A stretch of 64,000 bases of DNA from Chryseobacterium gleum. Lineage in GTDB: Bacteria > Bacteroidota > Bacteroidia > Flavobacteriales_D > Crocinitomicaceae. This document shows, piece by piece, positions 1-8,766 of the stretch. How positions within the stretch are numbered: the stretch's first letter is position 1; each line of letters begins with the position of its first letter. The stretch is from positions 496-64,495 of the forward strand of contig CAMCWF010000011.1 in assembly GCA_945882095.1 (NCBI GenBank), read 5' to 3'. Made by a program: the position numbers and the translations under genes. The notes beneath the pieces are model-generated. The model ran no database searches and was not told the DNA's origin. It worked only from the letters and a program-made list of their open reading frames with translations.

Positions 1-1313
1 TTAGCAAAAACCCTAAAAGTGTTCACACTTCCAATCACGTATTGAGCTGCAGGATAGTTAATTGTAAAAATACCGTTGTTGGATCCTGAACAGTTACACC
101 AGCTATTTGGTGTAAACGTTGGACCTGCATTGTTGTTAAAATAAGTTTGAAGGGCGCCATTGGTACAAACCACACCGGTACTAATTTGAACTTGAACATT
201 AGTGATTACGGCTCCTGCAGGAATGTTATCGGTCCAATTCCACCCACTTTGAACAGCTGAACATCCATTATAGAAAGATCCTCCACCACAACTTGAACCA
301 CTATTGATTAATTGAGCTGTTGAGTTGATGTTATAAGTTTGCGTTAACGACTGCTGAGCCCCGGATGAAGAAGCAACATAATAAGTGGTATTGGAAGTTA
401 ATACCGGCGTAACAAAGGATGCGCCTGTACCCACTTGATTGGTTCCTGCGGCATTCGAATACCAAACATAGGAACCATTTCCACCTGCAGCCGCTAGGGT
501 TGCGGTGTTACCACAGTTGACGGTAACAGGATTGGAAGTTGGGGCAGCAGGGCCATTAGTCACTGTAATGGTTGTGCTTGCACAACTAGGGCTCCAAATA
601 CCATTGTTAAAATTTCTAGCAAAATAAGTTGTAGTAGCATTAGGGTTAACCGTAAGTGTTGCACCTGTTCCGATTGAGCCAACCGTTGAACATGACCCTG
701 TAAACCAATAGGTAGTTCCTTGCCCCCCTTGCACCGTCAAGGTGGTAGGGTTTCCGAGACAAACAGTTTGGGAACTTGCTGTAATTGAACTAGGTGTAGC
801 TGTACCACCTGCACAATTTGTGGAACAGTAACCTAAGTTACGCGCACCGTGGTTACCACACTGACTGGAGCAACAGTTTCCAACATTCACATAATACGTA
901 GCCGTTGAAGGAGCAGTCCAAGAAATGTAGGAACCCAAACCACAATGGTCATCACTTGCCGCCACACCTCCGGAAGTCGGCGCGGTGGAAATGGTTAGGT
1001 ATGGATCTCCGGAATAATTTGCAGAAGGTGCATATTGAGAACAATAGGTAAATCGATATGTACATCCAGCAGTTGCATTAAATGAATAATACCCCAATGA
1101 AGAATGATTCACATATTGCCAAGACATTGATGGCGATAGTGAGCCTAAAGGGTTGTTACAAAATGCCTGCGCTTTTACACTATTGAAATTACCCCCTATG
1201 GTAGAAAGCAATACAAGTGTAATAAGTGCAATGTTTTTGAGTTTTCCCAAAAACGTCTTTTCTAAAGAAACACCGTTCGAATTTAGAAATGGAGTGCGTA
1301 GAGATTTAGTCAT
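1..1313 (-). CDS. Secreted repeat-rich cell-surface protein, N-terminal 437 codons only (3' end lies beyond the window)
   Basis: Absent from the ORF track because it runs off the window. Hand translation of the minus strand from the ATG at 1313..1311 stays open to position 1 (the tta at 1-3 is out of frame). The N-terminus MTKSLRTPF...IALITLVLLSTIGGNFNSVKAQA looks like a signal peptide. Cys-framed Ig-like repeats follow (TLTVQGGQGTTYWFTGSC, LAAAGGNGSYVWYSNAAGTNQVG), as seen in Bacteroidota adhesins. Confidence 0.7.
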   Translation of the reverse strand, partial: MTKSLRTPFLNSNGVSLEKTFLGKLKNIALITLVLLSTIGGNFNSVKAQAFCNNPLGSLSPSMSWQYVNHSSLGYYSFNATAGCTYRFTYCSQYAPSANYSGDPYLTISTAPTSGGVAASDDHCGLGSYISWTAPSTATYYVNVGNCCSSQCGNHGARNLGYCSTNCAGGTATPSSITASSQTVCLGNPTTLTVQGGQGTTYWFTGSCSTVGSIGTGATLTVNPNATTTYFARNFNNGIWSPSCASTTITVTNGPAAPTSNPVTVNCGNTATLAAAGGNGSYVWYSNAAGTNQVGTGASFVTPVLTSNTTYYVASSSGAQQSLTQTYNINSTAQLINSGSSCGGGSFYNGCSAVQSGWNWTDNIPAGAVITNVQVQISTGVVCTNGALQTYFNNNAGPTFTPNSWCNCSGSNNGIFTINYPAAQYVIGSVNTFRVFA

Positions 1314-1667
1314 AGTAATAAATTTAGTCGTAGTAAATTTAGAAAATTGCTTTTTAAGAAGAATTAATTCTGGTTTAAGATTTTGTTTGGATTAACAAAA
1401 CAATGTTAACATCGAATATTGGTATATCGCTATCGAATATTAATAAGTCGCGAAAAAATATATTTGGATTTATTCAATATGAAGCCATTAAAAAACGGCT
1501 TTATCGCGCTAATTTTTGGAGGAATCTCCTGGTTAAAGTTGAATTTCATGGTAGTAGGTTTTGGTTAATTCAAATTTGGGTATTATTTGGGTTGAGGTTT
1601 ATGAATGGCTAAGCAAAGATTTTAATTTAGGGGTTTTCACGTATAACATCATGGGTGTTTATACTTA

Positions 1668-3767
1668 TTAATATACAACCAGGGTTAATTCGATTTTATG
1701 CTTTGAAAGTTCTTCTTCCAGAACGCAAATGTATTTTCCAGTTGCATAGTCTTGGGTAATGGATGTGTTTCCTGCCACAGCGAATTGATCGATTAACCTG
1801 CCTTGCAAATCAAAAACCTTGGCAAGGTAATTCATCCCTTCGGGTACTTGGATTTGAAAATTCCCATTGTTGGGATTTGGAAAGAGTAACGCAGCCGGCA
1901 GCTCCGCTTCGTTCATTCCGGCATTGTTGATTTGGTTTTCCACTTCAAAGGTTTCCACTTGTTGACAGCCATTTGCATCGGTCACTGTGATTACATAGGT
2001 TCCAAATGTTGTGGAATCCTGGTCCTCAGAAAAAACATTGTTATCCCAAGTATAAATGTAAGGAGCGGTTCCACCAATCACGCTAGCATCTATTGATCCA
2101 AGTGTATTGTTTGTTTCGGGAAGGGTAGTTCCTGAAATCTGGATCGGGTCAGGTGCGGTCAAGACGAATGGTGCAATCAGTTGGCAATTGATACCATATA
2201 CTAAGGTGGCGTCATACGTTCCTTGTGTTAAGTTGCTTAGTTGATTGCCCACTTGGCCATTGGACCAAAGAATGTTCACAGGAGTGTTGTTGGTTAAATT
2301 CAATTGCACCCCACCGTTTGAAGCATCTGCACAGGTAGGATTTACCAACATTTGGTTAAACGTTGGGGGAATAACATCATTTATATATATAAAGGTATCC
2401 AAACGACAGCCATGGGCATCGATAAGGTTGACATGGTAGGTATTGGTCTGTAAAGCTGAATTGTGAAATCCTACATAGCCATTGCTCCATGTTGCTTCAT
2501 ATGGCGATTGTCCACCTTGGATGATTAGGTTGATTTCGGCATCATTGGCTTGACATCCGTCCAAAAGACTAAAAGTTGGCTGCAGGGGATTTTGAACATT
2601 TATGGCAGCCAATACCGCTTGGTGTGCATCCAATCGACCTGCACCCATTTTTCCGGCGTACTGAGGATTTAGTAAGTCTAAGTCAAACGAGGTACTTTTA
2701 AGTATGGCTTCAATCTGCACATTCGAGATGCATTTGTTTACGGCCAACATCAATGCCGCGGTACCACTCACATAGGCGGCAGCGAAGGAAGTCCCGCTTA
2801 GGTTAAGGTACCAACCTGGGGCTGGGGAAATGGCAACATCAAAACCAGGAGCAGAAAGGTCAACTGAATCATTGTGTTGGTGTGTTGAGGTGGAATCACC
2901 AAGGATGTATTCGTGGTTGTTTTGACTTCCGACCGACGTCACAGAGAATACGTGGTTGTAGGATGCTGGATAAACTTTCGCATTTGCATCACCGCAGGTG
3001 TTTCCGTTTCCAGCTGACGCGACGATAAAGGAACCGTTGGCCGCCACTTCATCCATAACATCTTGTTCAATTTGGCTATAGAAGCAGCCGGTTGTCCAAC
3101 TGATGTTAATGATGTCTGCCCCGTCATACGATGCTTGTAAAACTTCGTTTAGGTTCATTTTATACAAAGCCAAGCTGCTGTTAAATCCGATGGAGCTCAA
3201 CCCTACCCCATTGTCTGTATTTCCAGCTGCAGTGATGGCGACTGCCGTACCATGGGTAGCTGTGGTTGTATTGTTTGGGTCGTAGTGAATGAACTTACCC
3301 TCGAGGTCTTCATGTTGTACATAAAAATTTTGGTCGCTGATGGCAATGATCACACTGTCATCTCCATGGGTTAAATCCCAAGCTTGGGGTGCATTGATTA
3401 AAGAAAGTGCATAGTCATAAACCTGTACATTGTTATTAAAGTCATTTGGCGCATACAGTGGTTGGTAATTGGGTGCTTCGGAAAGGAAAGCTACTTTTTC
3501 TTTGAAAGGTGCGAAAGCTGCACGGAGGTCTTCTGCCGTACAGTTGCAATCCAAGGCATACACTTTTCTCAGTGAGGCCTTTTTACTGGCCGGAAGCGCT
3601 TGTTGAAGGTTGTTAATTTGAAGTTTCGTTTGAATGGCAATCCACTCAGGTTGAGCGAGGATGGAAAGGTCTTCCAAATTAAACCAATACCCTCTTTGTT
3701 GCGCATTGGCATTGAAGGAGATTCCAAGGGTGAGAACAAAAAGTGCAATTTTAACGAGTAGGTTCAT
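1668..3767 (-). CDS. S8 subtilisin-family serine peptidase with SprB-type repeats and a T9SS type A C-terminal sorting domain
   Basis: The track ORF 1668..3806 starts at GTG. The ATG at 3767 gives the signal peptide MNLLVKIALFVLTLGISFNANAQ. Subtilase motifs HGTAVA (His) and GTSFAAAYVSG (Ser) are present. SprB-like repeats GGQSPYEATWSNG and GGTAPYIYTWDNN are present. The C-terminus LFPNPNNGNFQIQ...KYICVL...LTLVVY resembles the Por/T9SS sorting domain. Confidence 0.9.
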   Translation of the reverse strand: MNLLVKIALFVLTLGISFNANAQQRGYWFNLEDLSILAQPEWIAIQTKLQINNLQQALPASKKASLRKVYALDCNCTAEDLRAAFAPFKEKVAFLSEAPNYQPLYAPNDFNNNVQVYDYALSLINAPQAWDLTHGDDSVIIAISDQNFYVQHEDLEGKFIHYDPNNTTTATHGTAVAITAAGNTDNGVGLSSIGFNSSLALYKMNLNEVLQASYDGADIINISWTTGCFYSQIEQDVMDEVAANGSFIVASAGNGNTCGDANAKVYPASYNHVFSVTSVGSQNNHEYILGDSTSTHQHNDSVDLSAPGFDVAISPAPGWYLNLSGTSFAAAYVSGTAALMLAVNKCISNVQIEAILKSTSFDLDLLNPQYAGKMGAGRLDAHQAVLAAINVQNPLQPTFSLLDGCQANDAEINLIIQGGQSPYEATWSNGYVGFHNSALQTNTYHVNLIDAHGCRLDTFIYINDVIPPTFNQMLVNPTCADASNGGVQLNLTNNTPVNILWSNGQVGNQLSNLTQGTYDATLVYGINCQLIAPFVLTAPDPIQISGTTLPETNNTLGSIDASVIGGTAPYIYTWDNNVFSEDQDSTTFGTYVITVTDANGCQQVETFEVENQINNAGMNEAELPAALLFPNPNNGNFQIQVPEGMNYLAKVFDLQGRLIDQFAVAGNTSITQDYATGKYICVLEEELSKHKIELTLVVY

Positions 3768-3841
3768 GACGTAAGGTTTTGTGTTTTTTTGCCCAAAGGC
3801 GGTCACACTTACGTCACTGAATTAGAGAAGGTTACAAAATG

Positions 3842-5560
3842 CTAAAAATCTTCTTTGAGGTCTTTGACCATGAGTTGTAATTTTTTAACGTTTCTAAACT
3901 CATTGATATCCAAGGTAAAGGCGATTGCGAACCCCATTCCCTGTGCGGTAAAAACTTCTTTATGGGCAAGGTTAAACCCAATGGCATCTAATGTATGGCT
4001 TCCCGTTGGTTGCGTCACCCGAAGTTTTAGATGGGCATCCTTTAGGAGTCTTGATTCGAGGGAATATACATTTGTAGCAACAAAAACCGGTTTGACATTT
4101 CCAGGCCCAAAAGGTTCAAAGGCTTCTAATATTCTTGCAAATTTTGGAATGGCTAGGTGGGCCTCATTTCCAAACAAGTGTTCAAAATCCAATTGGCTGT
4201 CTATTTTAATGGTGGGTTCTGTGGGATGTTTTTCGAAGAAGGCTTTTGCGCGTTCGTCAAATGCTTTTTTAAACGCATCGAAGTTTTCCGGCAGCATGGC
4301 AAGACCTGCGGCATGTTGATGTCCTCCGAATTGTGTAAGCAAGGGCGCGAGTGCCTCGAGCGCTTGATGGATGTCGAAATTTCCATAAGACCTTGCGGAA
4401 CCGGAATACATTCCATTGGATTCGGTTAAGACAATGGTTGGCCAGGGGTGCGACTCAATGATTCGCGAGGCGACAATACCTACCACCCCTTTGTGCCAGT
4501 TCGGTGAAAATAGTACATTGCTGTTTCTATCTTTTGGTTCGGCAGAAACCATTTTAAGCGCCTCAGTGGTGATGTTTTCATCGAGCTGTTTACGGTCGTT
4601 GTTTGACTGTTCAATGTCCTTGACTAAATCAACGATGTTTTCCTCAGAACGTTCGAGCATGCATTTCACGGCAGTATTACCACTTCGTATTCTACCTGCG
4701 GCGTTAATTCTTGGCGCGATTCCAAATACCAAATCACTTAGTTTGATGGCGCCTTGGCGCTTGGCGATTTCGAACATTTTTTGAAAAACGGGACGCAATT
4801 CTTTGTTCATCAATTCAAGTCCATGAAAGGCGTAGATTCTGTTTTCATTGGTTACAGGAACGATGTCTGCAGCAATGCTTAGTGCAAGCAGGTCGAGTTG
4901 TTTATTTAGGATGCTCACCTCCCACCCCATTGTTTGGTAGAGACCTTCCAATAATTTGAACCCCACACCAGCACCAGACAACCCATCAAAGGGATAGGTT
5001 TCATTGGGTGTTTTAGGATCCAGAATAATTGCATGTGGCAGAGAGGCTCCAGGCTCATGGTGGTCACACACGATGGTTTTCATTCCAAAAGCTTGCAGAT
5101 CGTTTAAAAGATCAACAGAACGAATACCGCAATCCAGGGTTATGAGTAAATCCACCTTTTGGTCCTTTGCGAATTGTGCGCCTGTTGGACCTAAGCCGTA
5201 GCCTTCGGCGTAACGATCCGGAATGTAGAAATCTAGGTTTTCCGTGTGGTTTTTTAAAACATTGTAAAGAATTGCCACAGCGGTGGTTCCATCGACATCA
5301 TAATCCCCAAAGAGCAGTATTTTTTGATTTTCCGTGATCGCCGTAGCCAGCGTTTCGACCGCTTCCTTCATTTGTTTGAAGAGGAAAGGACTGTTTACAT
5401 GCGCCAACTTGGGTCGAAAAAAATGTTCTGCTTTCTCGAAGGTATCGATTCCTCTGTGGACGAGGAGGTTAGCTATCAGTGGGGTTATTTTTACGTCTTT
5501 AACCAATTGCTCGACTTTTTGATGGGATGCCGAATCCCGTTTTACCCACTTGTATTCCAT
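3842..5560 (-). CDS. recJ: Single-stranded-DNA-specific exonuclease RecJ
   Basis: 572 aa with DHH-family motifs DYDVDGTTAVAIL, DRYAEGYGL, LITLDCG and IVCDHHEP, and a DHHA1-like GGHQHAAG. ATG start at 5560. Confidence 0.95.
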   Translation of the reverse strand: MEYKWVKRDSASHQKVEQLVKDVKITPLIANLLVHRGIDTFEKAEHFFRPKLAHVNSPFLFKQMKEAVETLATAITENQKILLFGDYDVDGTTAVAILYNVLKNHTENLDFYIPDRYAEGYGLGPTGAQFAKDQKVDLLITLDCGIRSVDLLNDLQAFGMKTIVCDHHEPGASLPHAIILDPKTPNETYPFDGLSGAGVGFKLLEGLYQTMGWEVSILNKQLDLLALSIAADIVPVTNENRIYAFHGLELMNKELRPVFQKMFEIAKRQGAIKLSDLVFGIAPRINAAGRIRSGNTAVKCMLERSEENIVDLVKDIEQSNNDRKQLDENITTEALKMVSAEPKDRNSNVLFSPNWHKGVVGIVASRIIESHPWPTIVLTESNGMYSGSARSYGNFDIHQALEALAPLLTQFGGHQHAAGLAMLPENFDAFKKAFDERAKAFFEKHPTEPTIKIDSQLDFEHLFGNEAHLAIPKFARILEAFEPFGPGNVKPVFVATNVYSLESRLLKDAHLKLRVTQPTGSHTLDAIGFNLAHKEVFTAQGMGFAIAFTLDINEFRNVKKLQLMVKDLKEDF

Positions 5561-5668
5561 TTCACCTATTTTTAATTTAAGTTACGAAAAATTAATTTAG
5601 CATGTGGCCTACTAACGGAAAGTTGAACGAAAAAATTCGTACATTCGAAAAAAACAAAATACAGTCAA

Positions 5669-6238
5669 ATGAGGGCAAAACAAATTTTAACCTTGGCTTT
5701 AATTGGAGTCTTGGCATCGTGCACGGTCAGCAAAAGAATCGACAAGTTGGGATACCGTTTTTCCTTTGACAAAAAAGTAAAATCTGAACTAGGTTCCGAA
5801 GGACAAGAACGCAAAGCAGACGCAGTGCAGACTGAGGAAATCAAATTGGGATGCAACGAAACAAAGACACGCGCAGCGCAAGAAACGGCCACGGTCATTC
5901 GGGATGTCACAGCGATTCCACAAGAAAACCAAGCCGTCGGATTTTCAAATAAAGCTTCAGAAAAACAGCGTGAAACCGAAGTGAAAGCAGCGCCAACGTT
6001 CAATCGAAAAGCTGAAAAAATCATGAAGAAAATGGTGACAAACCAAGCCCATGGTGAATCATCCCGCAGGGTAGATGACGTTCTTTTGGCGATCCTTTGT
6101 TTGTTTATCCCCCCATTGGCAATTTACCTTTACGACGGGGGAATAACCCAACGGTTTTGGATCAACCTGATTTTGTCCTTATTGTTTGTATTGCCAGGTA
6201 TCATACACGCCTTTGTAGTAATCTTTGCAGGGAAATAA
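5669..6238 (+). CDS. Lipoprotein-like protein with a C-terminal YqaE/Pmp3 (UPF0057) two-helix membrane domain
   Basis: The N-terminus MRAKQILTLALIGVLASC has a lipobox-like signal. A charged low-complexity linker of about 110 aa follows. The last ~55 aa (LLAILCLFIPPLAIYLYDGGITQRFWINLILSLLFVLPGIIHAFVVI) match the Pmp3/YqaE proteolipid pattern. Confidence 0.7.
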   Translation: MRAKQILTLALIGVLASCTVSKRIDKLGYRFSFDKKVKSELGSEGQERKADAVQTEEIKLGCNETKTRAAQETATVIRDVTAIPQENQAVGFSNKASEKQRETEVKAAPTFNRKAEKIMKKMVTNQAHGESSRRVDDVLLAILCLFIPPLAIYLYDGGITQRFWINLILSLLFVLPGIIHAFVVIFAGK

Positions 6239-6248
6239 GGAGGTTTTT

Positions 6249-6680
6249 CTATTCGAAAATTCTACTCGTTAAGTCTTGCAAAACGGTAATGTTTGAATGG
6301 ACATCCTTGGTCATGTTTTCCTTATTGAATTTTGCATGTCCCCATGTTCCATTTACTATTGGGGTAAGTACGTTCATTCGGTCAAAGAAGTTGACATTGA
6401 GTTGCATACCGGCATTTTTCACAAAATGGTTGATTTTATCCATGGAACATCCTGTTGCTTGCACTTCCGCCTCGTTGGCAACGATTACCAATGCTGCTTC
6501 ATGGAGTACAAAACCGTAAGCATCCAAAGGTTTGCCATGGGTTTGCCACGTCTTCAAAAAATCGTGTAAAGACTGATTCAATTGACTGACTTCTGGGGTT
6601 GACAATGAACGGTCTCCCACGAACACCCATACGCGTGCATCAAGGGGGAAATGAAGGGGGATGTTATAACTCTGCTGCAT
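6249..6680 (-). CDS. Conserved hypothetical protein (a family often mislabelled 'ABC transporter ATPase' in Flavobacteria), no recognisable motif
   Basis: 143-aa ORF with an ATG start. It overlaps the upstream Fe-S gene by 17 nt on the same strand, which suggests co-translation. No Walker motifs and no TM segments. The family assignment is from memory only. Confidence 0.55.
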   Translation of the reverse strand: MQQSYNIPLHFPLDARVWVFVGDRSLSTPEVSQLNQSLHDFLKTWQTHGKPLDAYGFVLHEAALVIVANEAEVQATGCSMDKINHFVKNAGMQLNVNFFDRMNVLTPIVNGTWGHAKFNKENMTKDVHSNITVLQDLTSRIFE

Positions 6681-7452
6681 TGGTAATGAGTTCGGCTACA
6701 TCAAGCACTTCAATTTCAGTTTCTTTGTTCACATTTTTCACACCATCGGTCATCATGGTATTACAGAAGGGACAACCAGTTGCAACAATTTGGGCATTGG
6801 ATTGCAAGACATCTTCGGTACGTTCAACGTTAATTTCTTTGTTGCCTTTTTCGGCTTCTTTGAACATTTGTGCCCCCCCGGCGCCACAGCATAAACCATT
6901 GGTTTTACAGCGCTTCATCTCCACCAGTTCGGCATCTAACTTTTCAATAAGTTCGCGTGGCGCCTCATATACCTCATTGGCTCTGCCTAAATAACACGGA
7001 TCATGAAAGGTGATTTTCTTTCCTTTAAACATCAATCCATTTTCCAACTTGAGTCTACCCTCATTGATCAACGTTTGGATGAGTTCCGTGTGGTGTAATA
7101 CCTCATAATTCCCGCCCAACTCTGGGTATTCATTTTTCAGGGTATTAAAGCAATGTGGACAACCGGTAACAATTTTCTTCACTTCGTAGCCATTGAGAAC
7201 TTGAATGTTCATGAGCGCCTGCATCTGAAAAGTGAATTCATTTCCAGCCCTTCTTGCAGGATCTCCCGTGCAAGATTCTTCAGCACCTAAGACGGCGAAA
7301 TTCACTTTGCAATGGTGCAATATTTTGGCAATGGCTTTGGTGATTTTCTTTGCTCGGTCGTCAAAACTACCTGCACAACCTACCCAAAAAAGGACATCTG
7401 GGGTCTGGTTTTTAGCCATCATATCGGCCATTGTAGGAACAGTAAAATCCAT
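6664..7452 (-). CDS. (Fe-S)-binding protein with two CCG cysteine-rich domains (HdrB/HdrD C-terminal, GlpC-like)
   Basis: Cys motifs VGCAGSF, ESCTGD and TGCPHCFNTL, then HDPCYLGR, GLCCGAGG and TGCPFCNTM. These give the duplicated CCG-domain pattern. Confidence 0.85.
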   Translation of the reverse strand: MDFTVPTMADMMAKNQTPDVLFWVGCAGSFDDRAKKITKAIAKILHHCKVNFAVLGAEESCTGDPARRAGNEFTFQMQALMNIQVLNGYEVKKIVTGCPHCFNTLKNEYPELGGNYEVLHHTELIQTLINEGRLKLENGLMFKGKKITFHDPCYLGRANEVYEAPRELIEKLDAELVEMKRCKTNGLCCGAGGAQMFKEAEKGNKEINVERTEDVLQSNAQIVATGCPFCNTMMTDGVKNVNKETEIEVLDVAELITNAAEL

Positions 7453-7463
7453 GGTATCTATTT

Positions 7464-8762
7464 CTAATTTTCTTCAGTCCATTTCAAGCGATCCGCGGGT
7501 GAAAACTGCCAAGGTGCTCCATTGTTTTCAATGTTGGTTAGCATCCCTGCCAATTCAGAAGGAACTTTAGATTCCTCCATTACCAAAAACCGTCTCAAAT
7601 CAACGATAATGGAAAGAGGATCAATGTTCACAGGGCATTCTTGCACGCAAGCATTACAGCTTGTACATGCCCAAAGCTCTTCTTCGGTAATGTAATCTCC
7701 CAACAAGGACTTTCCATCCTTACAATTCAATTTATTCTTACCCACTTCTTGAAGTCTGTCACGGGTATCCATCATGATTTTTCGGGGCGAGAGGATTTTT
7801 CCGGTTATATTGGCTGGGCACACAGAGGTACAACGTCCACATTCGGTACACGAATAGGCGTCTAAAAGGTTTTTCCAGGATAGGTCATTGACATCTTTTG
7901 CACCAAAGGAAGCTGTTGCATCTGAAGTCGTTTCAGCAGGAACAAGGGTTGGGTCAAGCATCAATCTAACCTCTTGTGTCACCGCATCCATATTGCTAAA
8001 CTTTCCTTTTTTATCCAAATTAGAAAAGTAGGTGTTAGGGAAGGCAAAGAGGATGTGGAGGTGTTTTGAATAGGGCAAATAATTAAGAAAAACGAACACC
8101 ATAAGCAGATGCCCCCACCACCCTATTTTGGAAAGGACCTCAAGGATTTCTGGGTTGTTTATTTTACCAAAAAACTGTGGTCCTAAATATTGACTCAATG
8201 CAAACCCATAACCGACATTACTTTGAAGTAATTTACTTGCTTCATCGGCACCGTTCATTGTGAAAATAAAGATGATTAAAAGCAATTCAAATAGCAGAAT
8301 AAGGTTCGCATCTTTTCTCGGCCAACCCAATAATTCCTTCATGTTGAAGCGCGGCAATTTGACAATGTTTCTGCGCGAAAAGAAGGCCAACGTAGCGACA
8401 AAAGTAAGTACCGAAAGCACTTCAATTGTACTGATGATAAACACATAAACCTGTTGAAAATCAGTATGGTAAAAAATTCTATGCGAACCAGAAAAACCAT
8501 CGACAAACACCTCAATCAATTCAATTTGGGTAATGATAAATGCGACGTAAAAAATAAAATGCAAGACAGCTGGAATCGGCCGATTGAACATCTTTTTTTG
8601 TCCAAAAGCGACCAAAAGCATGGTCTTCAATCGCAAGGAAGGTTGGTCTAAACGTTGGGTATTTTTACCCAATCGTATTTGGCCTATTATGGACCGCATT
8701 TTCCATGTGAACATTCCTACGGAAAGGACGAAAAGCAATGAAAATACAACAATTGAAATCAT
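7464..8762 (-). CDS. Membrane-anchored (Fe-S)-binding protein: polytopic NarI/HdrE-like N-terminal domain fused to a 2x[4Fe-4S] ferredoxin domain
   Basis: Five to six hydrophobic helices in the first ~230 aa, including the LPYSKHLHILF motif (reminiscent of the NarI PF(S/T)RLVH motif). Two CxxCxxCxxxCP motifs follow: CTECGRCTSVCP and CTSCNACVQECP. Confidence 0.85.
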   Translation of the reverse strand: MISIVVFSLLFVLSVGMFTWKMRSIIGQIRLGKNTQRLDQPSLRLKTMLLVAFGQKKMFNRPIPAVLHFIFYVAFIITQIELIEVFVDGFSGSHRIFYHTDFQQVYVFIISTIEVLSVLTFVATLAFFSRRNIVKLPRFNMKELLGWPRKDANLILLFELLLIIFIFTMNGADEASKLLQSNVGYGFALSQYLGPQFFGKINNPEILEVLSKIGWWGHLLMVFVFLNYLPYSKHLHILFAFPNTYFSNLDKKGKFSNMDAVTQEVRLMLDPTLVPAETTSDATASFGAKDVNDLSWKNLLDAYSCTECGRCTSVCPANITGKILSPRKIMMDTRDRLQEVGKNKLNCKDGKSLLGDYITEEELWACTSCNACVQECPVNIDPLSIIVDLRRFLVMEESKVPSELAGMLTNIENNGAPWQFSPADRLKWTEEN

Positions 8763-8766
8763 GAAA

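Noticed and set aside
1-3. The tta at the window start, as a minus-strand stop codon
   Set aside because: Counting from the ATG at 1313, the frame leaves two nucleotides at the window edge. The triplet is therefore out of frame and the gene continues beyond the window.
1153-1612. Track ORFs 1153..1395 (TTG start) and 1403..1612
   Set aside because: The first overlaps the signal-peptide region of the well-supported minus-strand gene. Neither has recognisable features, and both sit in AT-rich promoter-like sequence.
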